DNA of 62,083 nt, counting the filler, from Asterionella formosa (lineage: Eukaryota), in assembly GCA_002256025.1 (NCBI GenBank). It is 28 parts of 28 records of this genome, joined end to end, with 100 filler letters (N's around TTAATTAATTAA, not from the genome) between each part and the next. Parts side by side here need not be neighbours in the genome. Positions count along the whole stretch, not along the records: positions 11,151 to 13,281 come from NKIB01000370.1; positions 13,382 to 15,505 come from NKIB01000372.1; positions 15,606 to 17,731 come from NKIB01000373.1; positions 17,832 to 19,954 come from NKIB01000374.1; positions 20,055 to 22,177 come from NKIB01000375.1; 23 more parts are not named here. One strand, written 5' to 3'. Shown in pieces: positions 11,410-22,277 of this stretch. The notes beneath the pieces were generated by a model. It was not told the origin of the DNA. It worked only from the letters and a program-made list of their open reading frames with translations, and made no database searches. Made by a program: the position numbers and the translations under genes. Each line of letters starts with the position of its first letter. Positions within the stretch are counted from its first letter, which is position 1.

Positions 11410-12206
11410 TTCCTTAAAGTTCGATGATCTTAAATTCATTTACCGGTACTGTCCCGCTGTAGTAGCAGCAGTCATAGACATATGTATATGGTGTTCTATT
11501 TATACAATCCTAAAACTATGATGATTTACTATGGTGTTCTATTGCTTGCTTATTACTCCGACTACCGGTACCGCTTTTCAGTTTCACGATCATACAATCC
11601 TAAAATTATGATGATTTACTGTCCCACTGTAATTGCAACAGTCATGAACATATGGTGTTCTATTTGTTTTTAGTTTTACGATCATTCGATCCTAAAACTA
11701 TGATGATTTACTGTCCCAATGTAATTGCAACACTCATTAACATATGGTGTTCTTTTGGTGTTTTTTACGATCATACGATCCTAAAACTATGATGATTTAC
11801 TGTCCCACTGCAGTAGCAACAGTCCTGAACATATGGTGTTCTGTTGCTAGTTTACTACTCTGACTACCCCCAGTATATCACTTACTACCTGCTACTGGCT
11901 GGTACTCTGTATATATATATGATATATTGTTATTGTCATATGATGTACCGGTACACAGCATGAAGAGCTCCCGCCCGAAAAAAGGGCTTAAACAATTTGC
12001 TACCAAAACCCTGGCGGCTATTTAACGGTCTAAATAATTAGTTTCAACGGACGTAGAAAATACCGGTACACGTACCGGTAGTCGTGGAAAACAATGGACA
12101 TATAGTGCATTGAGTATTTTCGAATTATGTATATGCGAGTATGATCATCTCAACCATATCAGATGTTCCATATCGAGAGCGCCTTTGAATTTTATAAATG
12201 TATAAC

Positions 12207-12237
<31 letters not shown>

Positions 12238-12911
12238 TTACAAATTTTATTTCTATATGCATGGCATACTTTTTTTTTCAAATCGTTCTGTCATGTTAAC
12301 AAACAATGCCTGCTTCTTCATGAAAAGATACATCGTCGTAAAGCACATCAAAAGAAAAGAAAATTTTCGCAATACATAACGAAAAACATTGTGACTTCGA
12401 CACATTACGCATTCGAAGGATGGAGAATGTTTAAGGTAATGAAGCCATCAATGTGGTAGCTACTTGGATGACAATCGTTGGGAGACAGGCAGCACAACAA
12501 CAAATTGTTAACTAAACGCAGCCACATTTCCTTTTTTCTCAGTTGATTAACAGCTCGTTTCGCTTGTTGGGGAGCACCAATGTAAAACAAAAACAAATTG
12601 CGTAAGTGCTCTTGTCCCTCGTTGGACCTCTTCACTTCTGTTGGAACAAAGCTGACAAAACGTTTACCTTCTCTCAAAGTTAAGATGACAAAAATGTACC
12701 GGTAAGTTTATTCGACAACATTGGATACCCGAAACTTACTTATTCAAGAATTTGGCTTACTGACAAGTTACTATTACAGACTTATGCATCAGTTGCATTG
12801 ATTTGTGGTAAGTGAAGCAAGAGGATACGATGGAATTGCGTGTCATTGTTTCAATGCAACATGACTACTTGCTAACAAATCATTCCTTCTCATTGTTTCT
12901 GTAACTGCATA
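11410..12911 (+). repeat. Dispersed AT-rich repeat family, copy A
   Basis: Collinear with 15640-17130, 24501-25000 and the reverse complement of 44463-45770. Confidence 0.9.
11440..11850 (+). repeat. Tandem ~90-96 bp minisatellite at the edge of a dispersed repeat family
   Basis: Core ATCATACRATCCTAAAAYTATGATGATTTACTGTCCC recurs at about 11500, 11589, 11681 and 11770. Confidence 0.85.
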
Positions 12912-13381
12912 GTTTGCTGCAATGTCAATTGAATCCTCGACTCAAATAAAAGAACTCTGCAATACAGTTGAATGGTGAGTGTGTTCTTGTTGTATACCTA
13001 AATGCTAGTATGGCTTGTCAGCTCACGCATTGTTGTTGACAACAGGCAGGGACAATGAGGTCCGGAATGAACTGTGTGTTGCTTTCTGCTGTTGCTAGTT
13101 CTATCATATACATTACTGACACACTGTTATTATGAAAATCTCTGCAGGTTAATGAAGAAGCAAGTCATTTCAAGGACAAGAAGGAAATCAGTGTGTGAGG
13201 ATGCATTCATGTTGCAACTTCGTAGAATGATGCCTCTTCAAGAATGAATAATTTCCCCCTTCTAAATGCATGGCTTCTCCTNNNNNNNNNNNNNNNNNNN
13301 NNNNNNNNNNNNNNNNNNNNNNNNNTTAATTAATTAANNNNNNNNNNNNNNNNNNNNNNNNNNNNNNNNNNNNNNNNNNNN

Positions 13382-14778
13382 ACATGTCGATGATTGTGCA
13401 ATTGCTGGAAAGCCAAATGATATTAATTGGTTCAAAAATGAAATCAAGAAACACTTCACAATTAAGGAGCTTGGCCCTTTGAAGAAGCATTTGAGAGTGT
13501 GGTACGATTGGGGCCAAGATTAAGTGGGACGCTACTTGGAGTCGAGCATGGAGGATTTTGTGCATGTTATGCTCCAAGATTATCATGTTATTTTTTAGAA
13601 AGTATCCAAGATATGCATCAACCCCAGCATTTCCAGGAATTGTTCTCAGAATGAATTCAGACAATGTGATTCTCCATAAAGAATATTGTTCAATGGTTGG
13701 AAAATTGTTGTATTTTGTTAAGAAAGTTGGACCAATATGTGCAAATGTATGTCGTGAACTTTCTCAACATTTAAAGAATCCAGGTGATGCCCATTGGAGT
13801 GCTGTTGAAAGTTTGTTAGGTTTCATTGCAACTGATGAAAGGAACAGAAAATTAAAAATAAGACCACCACATGAATTACGAGTTCAAGACATGGTAGACA
13901 GCTCATTTGGGGACAATCCAGATTCAAGGAAATCGAAAAGTGCATATTTGGGTACGATTGGTGGTGCATCGCTAGTGAATTGGATTTCGAAAGGACAGAA
14001 GATTGTTACTGTTTCCAGCACTGAAGCAGAGTATGTGGCTCTATCAGATGGATCAAAGGAAACTACTTTTATAATGAATCTACTCAATGAAGTTGAATAC
14101 GTGAAAATGCCCAGTATCATTGCAGAAGACAATACAGGTGCAATTTTTCTATCAAAGAATCAGCAGGTAGGTTCACGAACTAAGCACATTGATGTGAGAT
14201 ATCATTTCATTCGAGAAAAGGTGAAGGCTGGGGATATTAGAGTTGACTATGTGCACTCATGCAACCCACATTATGAATGGGACCATGGATTGTTGGTTTC
14301 GAGATCAGAGAGGGTGATAAAATATATGGAATCCAACGAATCGAGAATCAATATTCTTAGTAGTGATTAGAAACCAAGACCCAAAACATTTCGACATTTA
14401 TTGACAAATGACTGGAGATGCTTACTTATTGACAAATGACGGGACTGGAGATGTTTACTTATTGACAAATGACTGGAGATGTTACTTATTGACAAGTGAA
14501 TCAGATGCTCACTTATTGTCAAAAGAATAAGTGCTGCTCACTTATTGTCAAATGAATATGCTTACTTATTGTCAAAGTAAGCAAGATCATTCTTGACAAG
14601 ATCAAGGAAAGTGTGAGAATTCTTGTTCGGGATTACATGAGTAATCAGGCAAGAACAAGACCTAGATAGACTATTAACAGAAAGCTCACAATATTACAAA
14701 GTGTAAAGTGAAAATATGTTTTCAGCTTTAGAGATCTTAAAAGTAAGATCTGTGATATTTCAACTAGAAAATTTAACA
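13382..14778 (+). mobile_element. Degenerate Ty1/copia 3' end (RT end, RNase H, PPT, putative 3' LTR)
   Basis: YCSMVGKLLY, DSSFGDNPDSRKS, WISKGQKIVTVSSTEAEYVA, EDNTGAI and RTKHIDVRYHFIRE motifs. A purine tract AGAGAGGG is followed by TG at 14315 and ...TTAACA ending at 14778. Confidence 0.88.
14398..14580 (+). repeat. Tandem CTTATTG(A/T)CAA motif repeats inside the putative LTR
   Basis: About seven copies of TTATTGACAA/TTATTGTCAA spaced about 23-33 bp apart. Confidence 0.8.
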
Positions 14779-15250
14779 TCTCTGGTCGTGAATGGTTTGA
14801 CTGGGTCGAAGTGAACTGGGAGAAGGGAGATGGATCAAGTTCCTACACAGTTCCTGCAAAACTCTTTCTTTGGGGAAATGTTATTTTCTCCAACTCAACA
14901 ACCATTCTCTTAGCATGTATTTTCGAAACTATACTTCGAACCAAGTGCTAGATATATCAACCAACAGGAAATGATATCTCAAATTGGCTTAGGAATGGCA
15001 AAAATTCATGGAATGAAACATTACCCTCATCTGATGAGGAAGTTTGGATCTCCTCTTAATTTCTTTGGTGGATATTTGGAGTCTTTTTTGAAAGACAAAT
15101 TGAAACGAGCGACCCAGTAAGCGTGTCAACGAAAAATTACATCGATTAAAGCATGACATTTTAACAAGGTCATATGAAACACGGCAGTTTGCCTTGGCAC
15201 GAAAAATTGTTTTTGCAAGGGATTCATTACATACGGAAAACGAACAGAAG
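14779..15250 (+). pseudogene. Plavaka/CMC-like transposase remnant
   Basis: Manual translation GMAKIHGMKHYPHLMRKFGSPLNFFGGYLESFLKDKLKRATQ* fits the KxH..H....FG.P.N....E...K pattern of these transposases. Confidence 0.45.
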
Positions 15251-15639
15251 AAGATAAGTAAAGGTATATGAATTTCTTGGTAGGATGATCAGTTGTCACT
15301 CCCTAGCGATGACAAGTGGAATGATTGTTTGTGATAATGATTGCTTGCCAAGTGATCATTATATCTTTGAGTAGTTAGTAATCGTCATGTGCAGTGAACG
15401 TATGTTCATAATCATTTAATTAAGAGATTATAGAGAAGAAATCATTTCTACTAAGAATGGTCCCGCGCAAAGCGAAAACATTTATTCCGTTTTGTTGACC
15501 ACCAGNNNNNNNNNNNNNNNNNNNNNNNNNNNNNNNNNNNNNNNNNNNNTTAATTAATTAANNNNNNNNNNNNNNNNNNNNNNNNNNNNNNNNNNNNNNN
15601 NNNNNTAACTGTTTTCGTTTTCATACTTATAGTTTGATT

Positions 15640-17731
15640 ATCTTAAATTGATTTACTGTCCCTCTGCAGTAGCAACAGTCATAGATATATGGTGTTCTAT
15701 TGCTTGCTTATTACTCCGACTACCACTTTTCAGTTTCACAATCATACAATCCTAAAACTATGATGATTTACTGTCCCACTGCATGCAGTAGCAACAGTCC
15801 TGAACATATGGTGTTCTATTGGTTTTTAATTTTACGATCATACGATCCTAAAACTATGATGATTTACTGTCCCACTGCATGCAGTAGCAACAGTCCTGAA
15901 CATATGATGTTCTATTGGTTTTAGTTTTACAATCATACGATCCTAAATTTATGATGATTTAGTTTTACGATCATACAATCCTAAAACTATGATGATTTAC
16001 TGTCCCACTGCAGTAGCAACAGTCCTGTACATATGGTGTTCTGTTGCTAGTTTACTACTCCAACTACCCCCAGTATATCACTTACTACCTGCTACTGGTA
16101 CTCTGTATATATATATGATATATTGTTATTGTCATATGATGTACCGGGACACATGAAGAGCTCCCAACCCAAAAAGGGGATTAAACAATTTGCTACCAAA
16201 ACCCTTGCGGCATTTGAACGGTCTAAATAATTAGTTTCAACGGACGTAGAAAATATCGATGCAAACAAATTTCTGAAACAATTCCGGTACATGTAGTTTT
16301 GGAAAACAATGGACATATAGTGCATTGAGTATTTTCGAATTATGTATATGCGAGTATGGCCATCTCAACCATATCAGATGTTCCATATCGAGAGCGCCTT
16401 TGAATTTTATAAATGTATAACACTTAATATAAATATATATATATATATTTACGAATTTTATTACTGTATTCATGGCATATTTATTTTTGAAATCGTTCTG
16501 TCATGTTAACAAACAATGCCTGCTGCTTCATGAAAAGATATGTCGTAGTAAATCACATGAAAAGCAAAGTAAGTTTACGCAATACATAACGAAATACATT
16601 GTGGCTTCGACACATTGCGCCTTCGAAGGATAGAGAATGTTTAATGTAATGAAGCCATCAATGTGGTACTTGGATGAAAATTGTTGGGAGGCAGGCAGGA
16701 CAACATCAAATTGTTAACTAAACGCAGCCACATTTCCTTTTTTCTCAGTTGATTCAACAGCTTGTTTCGCTTGTTGGGGAGCACCAATGTAAAACAAAAC
16801 CGAACCAAATTGCGTAAGTGCTCTTGTCGCTCGTTGGACCTATTCACTTCTGTTGGAACAAAACTGACAAAATGTTTACCTTCTCTCAAAGTTAAGCTGA
16901 CAAAAATGAACCGGTAAGTTTTATTTGACAACATTGGATACCCGAAACTTACTTATTCAAGAATATGGCTTACTGACAAGTTACGATAACAGACTTATGC
17001 ATCCTCAGTTGCATTGATTTGTGGTAAGTGAAGCAAGAGGATATGATGGAATTGCGTGGTCTTGTGTCAATGTAACATGACTAGCTAACAAATCATTCCT
17101 TCTCATGATTGTTACTGTAACTGCATGCATAGGACAATAAAACCGATCTAACGGAATAGCCGGCGAGTTCACAATGACACTAACAGCAGGGAGAGAGACA
17201 CGACATTAGTAAGGCATTGCTTGGCACTAGCTCGGCACAAGATTCAGAAAAGAGGAAGAAATGGGTGAGACAGGAACAATATACATCGAGCCGAGTAGAG
17301 AGAGAAACGTTGGGTCGCTGGCATGTAGATTAATAGATAGCATAGCTTAATTTGATAGTTACATTACGATCCATTTCAATCTATTTTGAAAAATGCTTGG
17401 GATTAGAATTATGATCATGTTTACGATAGATTTACGATGAACCAATTTACATGATAGCATAGAGTTGAGCTGATTTTAGGATGCTTTGTAGTAATGATTT
17501 ACATCAGGCGATCACGAGAAGTGAAAATAATATGAGAAGGTTTATGATATTGACAAGAAATGTTGTTGATCAGTTGATATACATTGTGTGATGATAATGT
17601 TCTTATTACCATTATACTTCAAGGTCGGTAAAATATTAAGATAAATCATCATAGTTACAAGATACCATGATCATATTTTTGATCCAAAAATTATCATATA
17701 TACAAGATACCTTGATCATATTTTTGATCCA
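15640..17731 (+). repeat. Dispersed AT-rich repeat family, copy B (with ~95-bp tandem units at 15640-16050)
   Basis: Collinear with copy A and with 24501-25570. Confidence 0.9.
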
Positions 17732-17831
17732 NNNNNNNNNNNNNNNNNNNNNNNNNNNNNNNNNNNNNNNNNNNNTTAATTAATTAANNNNNNNNNNNNN
17801 NNNNNNNNNNNNNNNNNNNNNNNNNNNNNNN

Positions 17832-18413
17832 GAAGCTGTGTATTTGTTGCAATTGTCCGAGAAGCATGACGACATGAGCGACCTTCGTGACCGCTGTATC
17901 AAATCGTGTGCCATAGCATGGCATCGTACCCTGGTTTCACATGTGGAACATGCCCCTGTCGATGATGATCCTTATGATATTATTTCATCACCCCTCAAGG
18001 CAGTATTGTTGGAAAAGGCACTCCTTCAGGCGTATGCTGATTTTTCCGATGTTGAGAAATCAATGGATTCAGCAAATAAGGCCGAGTCTAAACTTTTAGC
18101 CTCTAAAGATGAACTCATTGCTGCCAGGGACAAGAAAATTATGGAGATGCAGCATGCTGCGTCACAGCAAATGGAGCAGTACGTAAAATTGCTGAGTGAG
18201 CTAGCAAGATTCAAGCGGGTGCCCTGTGAGCATGACTTTCCTAAGAAGAGGGATTGTACTTTTCACAAAGATGCTGCTGGCAGTAAGAAGACTCCATATG
18301 GCAAGACAAAACCATCCAAGATGCCAGTGCATAGCACTGCCATTGATCTTGAAGGTTACCTCTTTGGGAGTGGCAGCAATTTATTGCCAGTCTACTACTA
18401 CAATGGCAGTTAA
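17832..18413 (+). CDS. Hypothetical protein C-terminus (coiled coil, possible BTB-associated tail), 5' partial
   Basis: The frame is preserved in the second copy 48896..49477, which has only substitutions. It contains a coiled-coil segment. Confidence 0.55.
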   Translation, partial: EAVYLLQLSEKHDDMSDLRDRCIKSCAIAWHRTLVSHVEHAPVDDDPYDIISSPLKAVLLEKALLQAYADFSDVEKSMDSANKAESKLLASKDELIAARDKKIMEMQHAASQQMEQYVKLLSELARFKRVPCEHDFPKKRDCTFHKDAAGSKKTPYGKTKPSKMPVHSTAIDLEGYLFGSGSNLLPVYYYNGS

Positions 18414-19677
18414 ATCACAGCTCCCTATTTTGTGTTGCTGTTCTCAGGAATTTAAGCAAACACTTTGATAACAAGGCGATTAAAAAAAGAGGGAAGTTGG
18501 AACATCAATGAGAATCAGGCAGAAAAGAAAGAAAGAAAAGTGAACAAAGTACCAGTTGTCTTCAGCAATTTTTGTTTTTCCCTCTTGGCGAAAAAATTGC
18601 ATCAATTTGCAGCAACTCAAGTGCCAAGCAGCTTATTTTCAGGACAGATTACATCGAAAACATACCATTTTTCTTTTTTGAGGGTTGGCTTACTCAAAAA
18701 ATGCATTGAATTAGTTATTTAGATGTGAGTAAAAACTCGCAATCACTAATTAAATTATAAGCATCTAAATAAATTTCCAGAAACCAATTTAACATTTCTT
18801 GTCATTGACAATTTAATGTGCTGTAATTCTTTTGGTCCTCAAAGTCACTAGTATATAATTATTTAGTTATCATTTTGCAATTCTTTTGTACATTTAAAAC
18901 ACAAGAGAAGACAGGTTGTGGTTGTGAGCAGCTGGAGAATCCTTTATTATGTTGTTGCAACCTTGACCATGACGAAAATACAAATTATCTCCACGAAAAG
19001 TGAGAACAACGCTTTGCTACTTGTTATGGTACCTATATATTAAGAACGACATGGAAAATACAATCATAAAAGAAGTAAAGTATTAACACTAATAATGGCA
19101 ACGAAAATTGAGATCACCAATAACAACATAAAGTCGCATTTTTCTTGCGAGGTGAAGAACTCCCTCATTTTTCACACCACGGAAATAATTGTCATTTAAA
19201 ATACATCTTAGAAAAATGGTTGCTATGCTGTAGAACTCATGTAATTTACTTACCGGTAGGTCTGCCATCAGTATTGTAATCAGGGAAATCTCTTCGTTGT
19301 CCTGGCCTTGAGTAAAATCAGTCAAATTCAGTCACGGCAGTGTACATTGGGGGGTCCAGGACAATGAAGTACTCCGTATACGGTACCAGGTACAACGGGG
19401 CACATAAGATACCGGTATGGTGTTTCTTGAATGCCCTTCGGCACAGCACTTTTCATTCATCGGCGGTTTATACATACCGGTATAAAGATACATAAATCAT
19501 ACCAGTATCACAGGAATTGTTTCAACTTCGTTTTCTTTCTTAGCTATCGTCCGTTTCTCCACATCCTTTGTCCCCATCATTAACTTCGGAAAGGCTTCCC
19601 TTCCTTGTCATCTCCCCCTCTTGTTATTCTACAAAAGAACACCTTCGTATTAACTACATAGTAAGAACCCATCTGTC

Positions 19678-19954
19678 ATGTCCACTCAAGATTTCGCCTT
19701 CGTTTCCGGCACGGTCCTTGCAATATTGATTGCACTTCCAGTGTTTCGTGAACAGTCCTGGCGATTTGTCGAGACTTGGATTGGTCGTATCCAAAACGCG
19801 TTCTTATCTCCAGAGCAATCGAAAGACGACGGTCCTGTGGTTTCTGCGTTGTACATTTACCCCGTCAAGTCCCTTCGCCGGGTTTCCTTGAGTATTGCAA
19901 ACGTTGACAAGCTCGGCTTGGTTGGGGACCGTCGCTTCATGCTGGTCGTTCCTG
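19678..19954 (+). CDS. MOSC N-terminal beta-barrel protein (mARC-like), 3' partial
   Basis: VSALYIYPVKSLR...GLVGDRRFMLV motif, preceded by an N-terminal hydrophobic anchor. Confidence 0.88.
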
Positions 19955-20054
19955 NNNNNNNNNNNNNNNNNNNNNNNNNNNNNNNNNNNNNNNNNNNNTT
20001 AATTAATTAANNNNNNNNNNNNNNNNNNNNNNNNNNNNNNNNNNNNNNNNNNNN

Positions 20055-22177
20055 ATGACCGGGCTGAACACTCAACAGTCACTCGGCAACGATCAATACC
20101 CGAAGAGCATCACCGAATCAAATAATGTTCTCAGCAACCATCGGTTTGACGTAACAAATAAATCTGTCTACAAGAAACCAGATAATGATAAAGAGAGGAA
20201 ACATAAGGATGCAGGCAGGGAAGACGAAGATGTGAACTTATCGTTTGCACAGTTAGAAGGAAAATGTTACTGCTGCGGAAAAGCAGGTCACAAATCCCCT
20301 TCGTGTCGAGACAAGAATAAACCCAAAGAGGAATGGGCTATTAACAAGGCTCAAAGCCATGCACAGGCACAGGCTAATACATCCGACACAAGTACAGTTA
20401 CCTCTGTTAATTCCAACAACCCACCGTCATCACAAGCTTCACAACAAGCAAATGCCAATCAATTTGGATGGATGGGAGCTCATATGAAACTACAATTTTA
20501 CCAAGCATCTGAGATGCGTGACTGGATACTATTGGATAATCAATCAAGTGTCACAGTCTTTTGCAATCCAAAAATGGTTAATAACATTCGAATGTCAACC
20601 AACGGAAGCATGCACCTGGCCACAAATGGTGGATCCATGGTAACTAATATGAAGGCTGATCTTCCAGAATGGGGAGAAGTATGGTTTAATGAAAAGGCTA
20701 TCACAAACATCCTCAGTTATGCCGAAATGGCAGATAGGTACAGAATTACCTACGACTCTGAGAAAGAAGATGCATTCATTGTTCATTTGCCTGACAAAAC
20801 AGTTCGATTTGAAAGAATTGGGATTAACTTATATGTTTTCAAGCCAACTACAAGAATTAGAGTGGAGAATGCTCAAATGTTAAATACACTTGAAGAAAAC
20901 AAAACTTTTTACACTGAACATCAATTTCAGAGAGCTAAGCGAGCTCGTGATCTATTCCATGCCTTGGGTACACCATCAATTAATGATTTCAAGGCAATAA
21001 TTCGTATGAATACGATCAACAATAATCCAGTGACTACCGATGATATCAAAATTGCAGAGAAAATTTTTGGACCTGACATCGGAACACTAAAAGGCAAGAC
21101 AACTCGTCGCAAGCCGCTGCCAGTCGTGAACGACTACATCGAGATTCCTAAGGAGCTTATCCAAGCTCAACGCGAAGTGACTCTTTGCATGGATTGAATG
21201 AAAGTCAATGGACAATCATTTCTCACAACAATTTCTCAAAACATTATGTATAGGACAGCGCAATGGGTCAAGAATCAGACAGCTGAAGTCTATCGAGATG
21301 CTTTGATTCAAGTATTCCGTGTGTATAATACCGGAGGATTTAAAATTACAACAATCCACTGTGACAACGAGTTTCGACCTTTGATGGAACAAATTTCCAA
21401 TGAATTTCAAGTCACTATGAATTACGCAAACCCACAAGAACATGTTCCCGAAGCGGAGCGAAATAATCGAGTGATTAAAGAACGCGTGCGCGCAGCTTAT
21501 CATCGATTACCTTTCAAACATTTGCCGCGACTGATGATTAAGATTCTAGTGACAGAATCTGCAAGGAAACTGAATTTCTTTCCGGCAAAGAACGGGATAT
21601 CCCCGTATTACAGTCCTCGTATGATTTTACATCAACGAAACCTGGACTATGCTCGACATTGCCAGTATACATTTGGCACTTATGTCCAAGCACATGAAGA
21701 ACCTGTGTTTTCAAACACAAATGCACCTCGCAGCCTAGATTGCATTTTTCTACGCTACAATGACAATGTGCAAGGAGGTCATGAATTGTTACACCTACCT
21801 ACGAATTCATTGATCACTAGACGAACAATTACTCCTCTACCACTTACCCCAGCAATCATGAATCAAGTACATGCCCTTGCTGTGCAGGAAAATATGCCAG
21901 ATGGTCTCAAGATAGCAAATCGAACGGGGCAACTATTTTATGATAGTGCTTGGATTGCAGGAGTGGATTATGATAATGAAGCATTTGAAGATGCACAAGA
22001 TGAAGATTATGAAGATCAAGATGCTAGTGACAACGAAAGCAATGATGAAATTCTCGGAGAAGAAGACTATGACGAAATGACTCCGGATGAAATATATGAA
22101 GCAGAACAGCTCGAATTAAATGACAATACTCAAGAGGATGACCCTGAACCTGACGAGGGCAACAATGAGAATAATAT
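20055..22177 (+). mobile_element. CoDi-type copia gag-protease-integrase fragment with one in-frame stop
   Basis: CCHC knuckle CYCCGKAGHKSPSC, protease WILLDNQSSV, integrase HCDNEF and EHVPEAERNNRVIKER. ORFs 20055..21197 and 21198.. are in the same frame, separated by TGA. Confidence 0.92.
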
Positions 22178-22277
22178 NNNNNNNNNNNNNNNNNNNNNNN
22201 NNNNNNNNNNNNNNNNNNNNNTTAATTAATTAANNNNNNNNNNNNNNNNNNNNNNNNNNNNNNNNNNNNNNNNNNNN

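Noticed and set aside
11440..11850. CRISPR-like array
   Set aside because: Units are contiguous degenerate tandem repeats with no unique spacers, no cas genes and a eukaryotic context.
12690..12710. TACCGGTA at 12697 as another insertion
   Set aside because: The homolog has AACCGGTA at the same length, so this is a substitution and was not counted.
15755..15810. C/D box snoRNA array (ATGATGA ... CTGA in each tandem unit)
   Set aside because: The boxes are only about 30 nt apart, CTGA is not kept in all units, and I cannot recognise an rRNA guide.
21195..21197. Programmed stop-codon readthrough in the copia polyprotein
   Set aside because: The TGA lies inside the integrase, right after the first catalytic Asp, not at a gag/pol boundary. 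A point nonsense mutation is simpler.
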